Positions 34,377 through 46,439 of a stretch of 64,000 nucleotides of DNA are shown here, piece after piece (positions within the stretch are counted from its first letter, which is position 1; each line of letters opens with the position of its first letter). The notes beneath the pieces were generated by a model. It was not told the DNA's origin. It saw only the letters and a program-made list of their open reading frames with translations, and ran no database searches. This DNA is from Eledone cirrhosa (Eukaryota), in NCBI GenBank assembly GCA_964016885.1, contig OZ024740.1, positions 85,808,001 through 85,872,000 on the forward strand, written 5' to 3'. Made by a program: the position numbers and the translations under genes.

Positions 34377-34901
34377 AAAAAATTGTTTTAATCTTGCTTG
34401 CTCCGCTTACCTCAATTTTATAGTTCTGGTATGTCAAATTAATACCAATGAACAACCATTGTATCATAGACACCCTATATATTTCCAGGGGTACTTAGTA
34501 CCTGTGGCGATACTAACTTCTTTTAATATTCTCCGTTATGTAGAGAACAAATCTGTTGTTCTATTTAGCTGGTATTTTTAGTGGCGAGATAGACAACACG
34601 TCTATGTTTACTTCCGCTTCTACTAAGGGCTGGTTCATGCATGGGTCACATTTTCGGCCCCATTCGATCCTGTGCTAGCTGACAGATTGCAATATATTTT
34701 GCCGTTCCCGGGACTTTTTGTCCTAGGAAAAGAAAATGCTTTCTGATGATCTAAACTTTTCTATTGGAGATTCCTAGGGATCTCCAATCTTTTGTGAAGT
34801 GAGACCGTTCGGTAAAAGCAATTGGAATAGGTAAATATTTAAATTATATTTTTTTATTTATTTTAAAAAAATGTTTGAATCTTGCTGGCTCCGCTTACCT
34901 C

Positions 34902-34910
<9 letters not shown>
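34377..34910 (+). mobile_element. ORF-less ~530-bp element with ~45-bp terminal direct repeats (period 488) carrying a hammerhead-like fold
   Basis: aatcttgct(t/g)gctccgcttacctcaattttata at 34390-34422 and 34878-34910, similarity extending ~13 bp upstream. Followed by (TA)n. Confidence 0.75.
34737..34820 (+). ncRNA. Type I hammerhead fold, GAAA box mutated to GAGA
   Basis: TGCTTT-CTGATGA-[long stem II region with ATTGGAGATTC/GGATCTCCAAT]-GAGAC-CGTTCG-GTA-AAAGCA. Stem I is 6 bp. Confidence 0.6.
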
Positions 34911-34983
<73 letters not shown>

Positions 34984-35559
34984 ATATGTGTCTGTATGTG
35001 TGTGTGTGTGTATAAGTTCCACTTCTGTAGAACCGTATATATAATAAAGATGCCTATAGTCTACCAATGTATTGAGTACCTTTTTAACTGTGGTTAGCCC
35101 GCGACACAGCTCGGGAATCTGTTTATTATATGGGGGAGAGAGAGAAAGGGAGAGAAAGAAAGAGAAAGAGAGAGACACCTCTCTCTCCCACTCACTTATT
35201 CTCTTCTCTTTCACCATCTATCTCCTTTTTCTCCCTCTCTCTCTGCTCCCTTATCACCCCCTCTCCCTTCCGTTTTCCTTCGTCTCCCCCTCTTTGCGCC
35301 TGTTCGCGTTACGACCAGACGGTTTTCTCTTCGCTCTCCCTCGTGCTGTTAATAGGGAGTCAGAACTTACGTTCGGTCTCCTTTTTAACTTCTCCCTCGC
35401 CCGCACCGGTTACTGCAGCTTACATGTACTACTGTCTCGTGTTTCCCCCTCTCTATCGGTATCTTTGTTTTTCTTTATTTTTTTTTGTCTTTTTTTTCGC
35501 TATCGTCTTTGTTTTATTGTTGTTTTCTTCCCTGATAATTATTCCTTTTAATTATCAAC

Positions 35560-35640
35560 GCACTGTGATGAGATGTACTGTCTTTAATGCGTCGAAACAT
35601 CAGCGACACACTGCAGACATCTGAAGAGAGGGAATTGTCC
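35560..35640 (+). ncRNA. Decayed tandem hammerhead motifs (probable PLE pseudo-LTR remnant)
   Basis: gcactgt-GATGA-GATGTA...TGCGTC-GAAAC-atcagc-GAC-acactgc, then a second CTGAAGA box with no GAAA partner. Confidence 0.4.
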
Positions 35641-35709
35641 TTATGTTTGTGTTTTCTAAATAATATTTATTAGTAACCACACAGCACCTTTGTCACTTAT
35701 AATTCATAT

Positions 35710-36065
<356 letters not shown>

Positions 36066-36658
36066 GGCATAACAAGTTATCGTTATAGGTGATCCAATTA
36101 GAGGTAGTCCAGTTAGAGTACTCAGTGTTGTGGATGGTTTTAACGTACGGCATCTCAACAAGATGCTTCAATAGTTATGCAGCGAGTTCGTAGTAATTTC
36201 TATGCAGGTTATACTTGAAGTCATAATAGTTAAAGAAAGAAGAGTAACATGGTTGGCTGTACAATAAGTACATAAGTTGGCTGTACATTCAAAGTGCTGA
36301 CAATTGTTTCGTTGATCTAGTGTGTCTAGTGTTCGCTAATCGCTTGATGCTGCGTCAATCGATCTCCAATACGTTGTTTACAACCAGTCAACACATCAGA
36401 GCAAGTGGATATGGAAATAATACGCAAGGCATGGCTTTTATAGAAGAGTGGCGTTAAACCAAAACAATAACATCAGTAACAAAATAGCTAAATAGCGAAT
36501 AATTAAAACAATAACACCAATAATAAAAGACTTATGGTAAATAAACAGAGAAGATACAGATGTATGAAGTGACATGTAAAATCTAAGATAGGGTACATTA
36601 AAAGTAGTAGTAATATTAAGAGAATGAGGAAAACTAAAAGATAAAGAAATAAAATAAT

Positions 36659-36811
36659 TGTTTCTACTTTAGGCACAAGGCCAGCAATTACCCAGTGCAT
36701 TACTGGTACTTTATTTTATCGACCCCGTAAGGATGAAAGGCAAAGTCAACCTCGGCGGGATTTGAACTCAGATCGTAAAGGGACGTAACTATGCTGGAAA
36801 GCATGGCGTCC
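36659..36811 (-). mobile_element. tRNA-derived SINE (family A, copy 2, 5'-truncated) inserted in the PLE
   Basis: Reverse complement of the family A body including the B-box. Possible TSD aaaataat on both sides. Confidence 0.88.
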
Positions 36812-37610
36812 CAAAATAATAAAATGTACTTAGAGTCAGATTTTAGAATCTCTACTGTCAGTGCAATTATGAGAATTTAGATACAAATGAGCTGTGGGTC
36901 TGATAAATGAACGACAATAAAATGAGGATTAAGTTATGGTTTGACAGATAAATGCTTGTAGTAGATATTTTGCCTGTTGTACTATCTTAGTGAGATTGAT
37001 GGAGGGAGTGTGTAGAGATTTATGGTTCTGTGATAGCTGATATTAAGTGAAATTGTGGATTCAGTATGTTAAGGTTTAGGTGGTTCAGTACTAATTTTGG
37101 GATTGCTGGTTCGAATCATGGTGGTTTAAGTTTCGTAACATCAATAACAAAATAGCGTATAATTAAAACAATAACATCAATAATAAAACATGCATGGTAA
37201 ATAGATAGAGAACGTGGCGAGTAAAATTGAGAGGGTACATTGAGATGATAATAATAATAATAAGAAGAAAATAAGAGATACAAAGGAGTATAAAAGTGAT
37301 AAGATAATGCACTTAGAATTAAGTTCGTCGGTAAGTGTTCATGGGTGCTAATATGAGATATGTAGATACAATTGTGTGGTCCGAAAGAATGAACAACAGT
37401 AAAGTCGAGATTAATTTATGGGCTGACAAGATAATTGATAAATGTTTGTAGTAGACATTCTGCCTGTTGTACTATCTTGATGGTATTGATGGAGGGAGGT
37501 TGGAAGAGGTTTACAGAAATTTATGGTTCTGAAATAGCTGTGTGAGAGTGCGGATTTCATATGTTAAATTCTAAGTGGTTTTCTATTAATTTTGGGAATA
37601 TTGGTTCGAA

Positions 37611-37810
37611 TTACGGTGGTTTAAATGTCGTAAATCTAATAGCAATCTTATGTCTGAAGGAAATGGATCTTTCTATTTTGCTGTTAAACAGCATCCTATC
37701 GTACCTTAATATATGTAGCAGTTCCAAATTACAGAGCCCGCAGTGGGACATACCGTTGCTATAGGGTTTTGCTGCCGCTAATTTCGACCAGCTAATTTTG
37801 TATTCTAGGT
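37611..37810 (-). pseudogene. C-terminal fragment of PLE GIY-YIG endonuclease (not in ORF track)
   Basis: Translates LEYKISWSKLAAAKPYSNGMSHCGLCNLELLHILRYDRMLFNSKIERSISFRHKIAIRFTTFKPP*, colinear with the end of the 44203-45906 protein. Confidence 0.85.
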
Positions 37811-37950
37811 TTATTTACCACGCGTATTTTATTATTGATGTTATTGTTTTAATTATTCACTATTTAGCTATTTTGTTACTGATGTTATTATTTTGGTTTA
37901 ACGCCACTCTTCTATAAAAGCCATGCCTTGCGTATTATTTTCATATCCCC

Positions 37951-38060
37951 TTGCTCTGATGTGTTGACTGGTTGTAAACAACGTATTGGAGTTCGATTGA
38001 CTCAGCATCAAACGATTAGCGAACTCTATCCACTCCAGATCAACGAAACAATTGTCAGCA
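37951..38060 (+). ncRNA. Type I hammerhead fold in pseudo-LTR (mirror copy on minus strand at 36295-36403)
   Basis: TGCT-CTGATGT-GTTGA...TCAAC-GAAAC-AATT-GTC-AGCA. Palindromic ACAATTGT. Both copies have CTGATGT (A9 to U). Confidence 0.7.
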
Positions 38061-38110
38061 CTTTGAATAAAGCCCTTATTGTACAGCCAACCTTGTTACT
38101 CTTCTTTCTT

Positions 38111-38159
<49 letters not shown>

Positions 38160-38271
38160 ATTCGAGTATGTGTTGGTTAATTACTGTTGCATAATGGTTA
38201 TCACCGAAATAAATATAACAGCCAAATGAATAAACGAAGTAAATTTTAACCTGCTGACTTACACTTCTTGT

Positions 38272-38340
<69 letters not shown>

Positions 38341-38344
<4 letters not shown>

Positions 38345-38590
38345 GTTATATTTGAGGAGGGTCATATTGTTATAATATTGCCAGAAATAACAAAACATAC
38401 TCAGTTTGGATTGGATTGGTTTTCGCTTCTGTATCTTTTATATCCCTATAGTTAATTTATCTGACAATCAATGTTTTTCATTGATTGACCAACGGTTTTT
38501 GTTTATTTATTTATTCATTCTTGTGTCTGTCTTTGTTTCCGCATGCGTTTGCATGTGTGTCTTTTGTTTAGTGTGTGCGTATGAATGTAT
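38341..38590. repeat. Dispersed repeat homologous to 58995-59385
   Basis: Shared ggagggtcatatt...atattgccagaa...ggttttcgcttctgt...ttga(t/c)tgaccaacggt and cgcatgcgtttgc. Confidence 0.75.
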
Positions 38591-38718
38591 TTATATACGA
38601 ATGTATGTATATATATATGTATGCATGTATGTATGTATATATGTATGCATGTATGTATGCATGTACATATATGTATGTATGTACATATGTTATGTATATA
38701 TGTATGTATGTTTGTATA

Positions 38719-38779
<61 letters not shown>

Positions 38780-39003
38780 AAATAAAATAATTAAGTCAAA
38801 TATTAAAAAATTTAAATATTTTTTTTAATATTTGACTTAATTATTTTATTTTACATTACTCCGGAGTAACCAGACCAACCTGCGTACTTCGTCGAGTGCT
38901 CCAATCTGCATACGTAGGTGTCGGTAAGCAACCAACATATACTCAAAATTTATATATATATATATTAAAAAAAAATCCATTGTCAATAAATACGCCAGGA
39001 TTT

Positions 39004-39064
39004 TTTCATTCTGATGATTGAAGGCAAATTTTGTTTGCTTTCAAGAAACCACTAGTAAATGAAA
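39004..39064 (+). ncRNA. Type I hammerhead ribozyme fold
   Basis: TTTCATT-CTGATGA-TTGAAGGCAAA-ttttg-TTTGCTTTCAA-GAAAC-CACTA-GTA-AATGAAA. Stem I 7 bp, stem II 11 bp, GUA triplet. Confidence 0.85.
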
Positions 39065-39157
39065 TAATTATCTTATGTTGTTTATTACATAACTATTAAG
39101 CTCTGTAACCTACATAGAGCACTCTTTTTTCCTGGACTTTTCCGACGGAATTACTTC

Positions 39158-39285
<128 letters not shown>

Positions 39286-39469
39286 GTGTATGTATATATG
39301 TATATATATATGTATGTGAGTGTGTATATATGTATATGTATCCAAGCATGGTACTTTCTTGATGATAAAACATGCCATACCATTGTAACACCAATTTCTT
39401 GGCGCGTTTTTATTATGTTATTATTGTTCTAGAGATTTCTTACTTGCCATTTCCTTGCTTTACTGTGGC

Positions 39470-40810
39470 AGCTTTTGTTGCTGTTGTTACTATAGTAGTC
39501 ACTGCTGTCATCATTGCTGTTGCTCTTGTTGCTGCTGTTGTTGTTATTGCTGCTGTTGCTGCTGTTGCTGCTGCTGCTGTTCGTGTTGTTGTTGTTGCTG
39601 CTGCTTGTGTTGTTGTTGCTGCTGCTGCTCGTGTTGTTGTCACTGCTGCTCGTGTTGTTGCTGCTGCTGCTTGTGTTGTTGTTGCTGCTGTTGCTCTTGT
39701 CACTGCTGCTCGTGTTGTTGCTGCTGCTGCTTGTGTTGTTGTTGCTGCTGATGCTCTTGTCACGGCTGCTTGTGTTGTTGTTGCTGCTGCTGCTTGTGTT
39801 GTTGTTGCTGCTGCTGCTTGTGTTGTTGTTGCTGCTGATGCTCTTGTCACTGCTGCTTGTGTTGTTGTTGCTGCTGCTGCTTGTGTTGTTGTTGCTGCTG
39901 ATGCTCTTGTCACTGCTGCTCGTGTTGTTGTTGCTGCTGCTTGTGTTGTTGTTGCTGCTGATGCTCTCGTCACTGCTGCTCGTGTTGTTGTTGCTGCTGC
40001 TGCTTGTGTTGTTGTTGCTGCTGATGCTCTTGTCACTGCTGCTCGTGTTGTTGCTGCTGCTGCTGCCTGTGTTGTTGTTGCTGCTGATGCTCTTGTCACT
40101 GCTGCTCGTGTTGTTGTTGCTGCTGCTGCTTGTGTTGTTGTTGCTGCTGCTGCTTGTGTTGTTGTTGCTGCTGATGCTCTTGTCACTGCTGCTTGTGTTG
40201 TTGTTGCTGCTGCTGCTTGTGTTGTTGTTGCTGCTGCTGCTTGTGTTGTTGTTGCTGCTGATGCTCTTGTCACTGCTGCTCGTGTTGTTGTTGCTGCTGC
40301 TTGTGTTGTTGTTGCTGCTGATGCTCTTGTCACTGCTGCTCGTGTTGTTGCTGCTGCTGCTGCCTGTGTTGTTGTTGCTGCTGATGCTCTTGTCACTGCT
40401 GCTCGTGTTGTTGTTGCTGCTGCTGCTTGTGTTGTTGCTGCTGATGCACTTGTCACTGCTGCTCGTGTTGTTGTTGCTGCTGCTTGTGTTGTTGTTGCTG
40501 CTGCTGCTTGTGTTGTTGTTGCTGCTGATGCTCTTGTCACTGCTGCTCGTGTTGTTGCTGCTGCTGCTGCTTGTCACTGCTGCTCGTGTTGTTGCTGCTG
40601 CTGCTGCTTGTGTTGTTGTTGCTGCTGATGCACTTGTCACTGCTGCTCGTGTTGTTGTTGCTGCTGCTGCTTGTGTTGTTGTTGCTGCTGCTGCTTGTGT
40701 TGTTGTTGCTGCTGCTGCTTGTGTTGTTGTTGCTGCTCCTCGTCTTGTTACTGTTGTTGTTGTAGTCGCCATCGTTGTTGTTGTTGTAATTGTTGCTACT
40801 GCTGCCGCTG
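39470..40810. repeat. (GCT/GTT) minisatellite with GATGCTCTTGTCACT spacer
   Basis: Tandem 24/39-bp sub-units. Source of the 366-447 aa low-complexity ORFs. Confidence 0.93.
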
Positions 40811-41284
40811 TTAACTTTCATTGAGTTAACCTTCTCTGTTTACAGGATTAATGTAATCGAAGTATCAAACTTGGCTTCTGAAATCAGTTACATTAATGGT
40901 CAGTATAAATCACATTAATGTCAAACCATCTTCATTGGAGACCAACGTTAAACTCGTTTTGGCTTGTCGATAATCGTATTGTTTTCTGGCTAAATCTTTC
41001 CTTTATTGTGCCAGAACCTTCGTTTGATATTGAAAAGATAACTCCCCATGTTTATCACTCTCAATATTTCTATTTTCCGCTCTCCTAAAAATAAATAAAT
41101 TAGTATAATAAATGTTTGTATTGGGTTTATTTCCTATAGATTTGCTTCTCAACAGAGGTTATTGGAGACAACAGGCTAGGTAACAACTTTACATAGACAT
41201 ATACCAGTGGTTTCCTCGTTACTTATCTGTTCTTGAGAAAGGCCATTCGTTCATTTGCATATATATATATATATATATATATAC

Positions 41285-41711
41285 CAAAGCCATTGTATAT
41301 GCGGCTAAAGTCACAACCATCAGCAACAACCATCCAGCCACCAGTGAACGATATGTGGGTATGACGCAAGACAAATTCAAAACGCGTTATTACTCACATG
41401 TCGCATCCTTTCGACATCCAGAAAAAAGATTTACAACAGCTCTGGCTAGCAGAATTTGGGATTTGAAAGACCAAGGCATCCAATATAAATTGGATTGGTC
41501 AATTTTGAACCAATCTAAAGAATATGCAAGAGGAACAAGAAAATGCACGCTCTGCATAAATGAAAAATATTGGATCTTGCAAAATATTAAATCACCAAAG
41601 ACCTGCCTGAACACAAAGACGGAAATTTTCACCAGTTGCCCACACATGAAATCACACCTGCTTTCCAGCTCATATAAACTTAACACACTTTCAGATACTT
41701 ATCCTCCATAA
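41285..41711 (+). pseudogene. PLE GIY-YIG endonuclease fragment (Nematis-like motif pattern)
   Basis: IVYAAKV...YVGMTQDKFKTRYYSHVASF...TALASRIWDLK...CTLCINEK...LNTKTEIFTSCPH. Confidence 0.88.
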
Positions 41712-42950
41712 ACTCTTATTATTCTCTTTATAATTACCCTTTCTGATTTACTTTCATTTTTATCCTTATTATTAATTTCATTTATTTTTATAAATGAAAT
41801 TAATAATAAGGATAAAAATGAAAGTAAATCATATTTTTATTTTTATTTTTATATATTTTTTTATTTTTTTATTTTTACTTCACATCCACCAATAACCCGC
41901 CCCCCTTTATTCTCCGATTCACTTACCTAATATCTTCACTTTCCATTTTTTACTTCCCTATTTGCTTCACTAACTGATTATACAGGTCACTTGCGTTTTC
42001 CACTCTAGATATATATTTTTTTTATTTTTATTTTTTATTTTTATTTTTATTTTTGCGCAGCCAATCTTACAATTTTGTATTTGTACTTACTTATCCACAA
42101 GTTTTTTACACCCTGTATCTATGTGTCTGAACGCCTTAATGTGTGTATACTTTCTATATATGTACATGAGCGCCTACGTATGTGCGCGCGCGTGCGTGTA
42201 TATATATATATATATATGTATGTGTATGTGTATGTGTCTTTATATCCGTGTTTTTACATCTAGGTTTTATGTTTTGTTTCTTTTTTCTTCTCCCCTTTTT
42301 TTACATCCTCATTTTTATGCGTGTGCATGCAAACAGGTCAATATGCGTGAGTGTAAGTATGTGTGTGTGTGTGTGTGTAAGTATCGAACGTATGGATGTG
42401 TAAGTGTGCGTGTGTATATAAGCATGTATATTTTTGCGTTTTTTTTGTGAGATATACGTGTGTGTGTATGCGTGTACCTTGTTTGTCTTCTTTTCTTTAA
42501 TTTTTTCTTTCTAAATTATTGTTCCATTTTTATAAATATATCTTGATATATATTGATACTTTCCTTTAATTATTACACTCCCTTACCTATTTTACTTCCG
42601 CATATAAGTGTACGTGAGTGTAGGTGTGTTTATGCGCGTGCCTTCATATTCTTATGATGTATCCATTCTGTCTGTAGATTACAGATACACAGATACATTT
42701 GCCCTAAATTATATATTTACGCACACTTTTTCACTATACGTATACATATGTGCATACACATATATGCACATCTGTGAGCGTATATACATACATATACACA
42801 CAACTAACTATATTTCTTGAAAGATTTTTATATATTTCATATTCTAATTCATTTGTCTATATTTATTTTGCTTTTTTTTTGCTTTTTTATTTGCTTTTTT
42901 TTTTTTTGTTTTCTTGATGAGACTTTCCAAGTATTTACCCATGTTTTATA

Positions 42951-43026
42951 TTGCCTCGTCTGACGAACGAATGAAGACGTTTCTTTCGTATTCGCCTCAT
43001 TCGGGAAACCTCTGGTAATGAGGTAA
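42951..43026 (+). ncRNA. Type I hammerhead ribozyme fold
   Basis: TTGCCTCGT-CTGACGA-a-CGAATGA...TCATTCG-g-GAAAC-CTCTG-GTA-ATGAGGTAA. Stem I 9 bp (2 G-U). A.G mismatch at the base of stem II. Confidence 0.8.
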
Positions 43027-43126
43027 TTATATTGTATTGATTTTTATACATTAAATTTTCTCTGGTACTTACATAGAGCACTCTTCACTTCTATGACCTT
43101 TTCTGTTTTCAACGGAAATTTCAATG

Positions 43127-43181
<55 letters not shown>

Positions 43182-43262
43182 TATATATATATATATATAT
43201 ATATATAAATCAAGAAAGAAGAGTGACACGGTGTGCTATACAAAAAAAGGTTTTTAATCACA

Positions 43263-43372
43263 TTGCTGACAATTGTTTCTCTGAACTGGTAGGTCTAGAG
43301 ATCGCTACCCGCCTGTTTTCGCGTCATTCGATCACCAATATATAATTGTAACAAGTCAATTCATCAGAGCCA
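43263..43372 (-). ncRNA. Type I hammerhead fold in pseudo-LTR
   Basis: Minus strand GCT-CTGATGA...GAAAC-AATT-GTC-AGC. Equivalent to 36295-36403. Core intact, stem II weakly paired. Confidence 0.65.
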
Positions 43373-44202
43373 GCGAGAATGAAGGGAATACACAGGCATG
43401 GCTTCTATATATAGTAGTGGCATTCAATCAGAACAATAACAACAATACTAACAATGCTAGCAATAAATTATTTGAAATAATCACAACATCAATCTAATTA
43501 AGACATAGAATATACTTACGACTTTAGCATGTAAAACGAGCTGATATGAGGCAGATGTATGAAATTGACATGTAAAAGCTGTCATGTGGTGTATTATATA
43601 TAGTATAGAGATAAGCCGGGGCTTTAAACAATGTACCATTTCCTTTACTGAAGGTCTGGTGACCGTAAGAATTATTTATTATCTGACAGATAAAATATTT
43701 ATCATTGTAGTGAGGATAGTAATATTTGTGGTGTGAAGTGGATTCAATATTTATGTGGTCTATATTAGATGAAGGGATTGTTAGTTTGAATCATGGGGTT
43801 GTTTAGCTTTCACATCATCAATAACATACATGTATAAGATAACATTAACAGAGTAGCAATATAATAGGTAAGTTAATACAGAGGTTAAGGAGGCAATATA
43901 TATATATAGAGAGAGAAAGCATGCTGACTACAATTATAACAACAGGAGGAAGGTGATGTTTTTCTGTGGTAGTATTCTGAAAATGTACTTGGATTTAGGT
44001 TCACCTGTTGAGAGTCTAGGGTGAGGATGTTGTGTTGACAGCAGCTGAGAAGGGATATATTTATGGGTTGATAAGATTTTTGCAGACATTACTGTGGTAT
44101 AGAATTAAGAAGGCTAGAATCTGCTTAATGATTATAGTTCTGTGGTGGTATGTGTAATAGTGTGGGTATCATATGTTGAATGCTAAGTTATGTTGGTACG
44201 AT

Positions 44203-45906
44203 TCACGGAGGCTTAAATCTTGTGAATTTAGTGGCGATCCTGTGTCTGCAGAAAATTGATCTTTCTATCTTGTTGTTGAGGAGCCTTTTTTCATTCCTAA
44301 GGATATACAGTAATTCAAGATCACAGAGCCTACAGTAGGACATACCGGTACTGTAAGCCCTTGCGGCCGACAACCTCGACCAGTTGATATTGTAGTTGGT
44401 GTTATTGTCCTTAAGTTCCCAGATTTTTTTGTCGAGGGTTGTAGAACCCATAAGTGCACGGTTCTTGATCGAGTGTCTGTGCACATACCATCTTTTTTTA
44501 AAAGTACCCGCGGTGGATCCAATGTAATGCCAAGTGGAGTTGCTCGAGTTGACCGTACACATGTACACTAGGCTCGAATCAAGGCATCTGTTCGCCAATG
44601 GGCACCTATCTGGTAGGTGACAGTTGCAGTTTGAGGTGTTATTCCGTGCAGCTTCCACACTGCTGTTTTGTACACTGCTATAAGTGGGTTGTGATACTGT
44701 GATGTGTTTATGTTTATAATTTGGTGCTGTGTTGCGCATAGGTGGGGCAGATTCACTAGAGGTATTTCTGTGGTTGATCTTGCGTATGTGTGATTCTATA
44801 TTTGCAGCCGTAGATATTTTATGATATCTGTGTGATGTAGGGAAGTGTTTATCTATTAGTTTAAAGAACGTAGAAGGCAGTCTAGTTTTTACAGAGGAGT
44901 TGAAGATTGGAGTGAACCACAGGTATTTTCTTTCTCTGATTCTTCTATTGTTTCCAGGGTTTACATTATTGGTGTTTGGACCACTTACTCTAGGTGCTAC
45001 GTGCCTAACTCTATGTCTAGTCCTGTTACCTCTATTTTTGTGTGAGCGGTTGGTAGGTTTGTTTAAGTTGTCTTTATTCGTTCTAAACTGCAGCTTTTCT
45101 TTATGTCCGGCCCTATGTAATGCCGCGTTATAATAGTTAGCATGTTCATTAAAAATTTCTAGGTTTGAGGATAAGCGGGATATTCTAAGGGATATACTAC
45201 GTGCTATGGATCTGATTATGGATCTGGGGTGGTTTGAGTTATAACTAATGTAGGCCAGATTCTCATTATTTTTGTGGAAGGGTTCTATTAATACCGTATT
45301 TAGATTTAGAGTCACATCTAGAAAGTTTACCTTTTTATGGTTCAGTTCGTAGGTGATACTTAGGCCTAGTTTTTTGAAGAATGTTCTAATGTTTTTTCTT
45401 AATCTTTCCATGCTCTGGTTGTTTAAGTTCCTAGCTATAAGGAGCGTGTCATCTCTATAAATCCTTCCTTGGAGGTTACTGAATTCTTTATTTAGGTTGT
45501 GTGCTATAAATAGCCCCATGACGTCAGTGATTTGCGCAGAGTCATTTGATCCCATTGCGATATCGAAGCTGTTTATCCTATCTTTTCTTACCCAGTAGCT
45601 ATTTTCAAATTTTATGATAGTCCTTCTAGCCGCTATTATTATTTCAATTTCCTCAGGGGTAAGATTGGAGTTAGTTTGGGCAAATATAAGCGCTTTATCT
45701 AGGGTGGCTGGGGATATGGATGCATAGTAATCGTTTATATCGAATTGTATGAAGTTACATGTCCCTCTATTTCTTATTTTATTGAACCATTCAATCGCCT
45801 CGTTAGTGTTACCCCATAAATCGATTTCTAGTTTTCCCTTTATTTGTGCGATTACCCTATCTAGAATATTCTTGCTAATTTTACCTATGTCTGACGTAGA
45901 TGGCAT
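44203..45906 (-). CDS. PLE reverse transcriptase + C-terminal GIY-YIG endonuclease (Nematis-like), N-terminally disrupted, 567 aa open
   Basis: FIQFDINDYYASI, FDIAMGSNDSAQI, IYRDD, VNFLDVTLNL, SNHP, CNC..CPL..CL, LVY...YIGST, CRLC..E, CRH. Confidence 0.92.
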   Translation of the reverse strand: MPSTSDIGKISKNILDRVIAQIKGKLEIDLWGNTNEAIEWFNKIRNRGTCNFIQFDINDYYASISPATLDKALIFAQTNSNLTPEEIEIIIAARRTIIKFENSYWVRKDRINSFDIAMGSNDSAQITDVMGLFIAHNLNKEFSNLQGRIYRDDTLLIARNLNNQSMERLRKNIRTFFKKLGLSITYELNHKKVNFLDVTLNLNTVLIEPFHKNNENLAYISYNSNHPRSIIRSIARSISLRISRLSSNLEIFNEHANYYNAALHRAGHKEKLQFRTNKDNLNKPTNRSHKNRGNRTRHRVRHVAPRVSGPNTNNVNPGNNRRIRERKYLWFTPIFNSSVKTRLPSTFFKLIDKHFPTSHRYHKISTAANIESHIRKINHRNTSSESAPPMRNTAPNYKHKHITVSQPTYSSVQNSSVEAARNNTSNCNCHLPDRCPLANRCLDSSLVYMCTVNSSNSTWHYIGSTAGTFKKRWYVHRHSIKNRALMGSTTLDKKIWELKDNNTNYNINWSRLSAARAYSTGMSYCRLCDLELLYILRNEKRLLNNKIERSIFCRHRIATKFTRFKPP

Positions 45907-46128
45907 ATTAATCTGATAGTAGGGTTTGTTTCAAAATTATTTTTGTGATCCTTCAGGTTAAATGTGGGGTTGCATGGGGTTAGAGGCTCGTCCTATCGGG
46001 TATTCCGAGTTTATTTACTATCCTAAGTCCCTCCACGTTAATGCTGGTGAGTGTGGATTAATTTGTTTTTTTTTGTATTTTTTGTGTAGTTCACGCTGAA
46101 TAAAATTATTGTATGTGTTAAGGTCCAT

Positions 46129-46430
<302 letters not shown>

Positions 46431-46439
46431 GTGTAGAGA

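Larger units (their letters stand above)
36226..38117 (-). mobile_element. 5'-truncated Penelope-like element with inverted pseudo-LTR
   Basis: ~300-bp inverted repeats 36226-36527 / 37827-38117. Internal ~0.5-kb tandem duplication. GIY-YIG C-terminus at 37611-37810. Non-coding part homologous to 43208-44200. Confidence 0.88.
41285..43130 (+). mobile_element. 5'-truncated PLE: GIY-YIG fragment plus long 3' region ending in a hammerhead
   Basis: EN fragment at the 5' side, HHR at 42951-43026, bounded by (TA)n. The extent between these landmarks is inferred. Confidence 0.6.
43208..46128 (-). mobile_element. Penelope-like retroelement with RT+EN ORF and pseudo-LTR
   Basis: ORF 44203-45906, frameshifted upstream LKDHK..F..NP.IRLI motif, HHR-bearing 3' region, (TA)n on both flanks. 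Confidence 0.92.
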
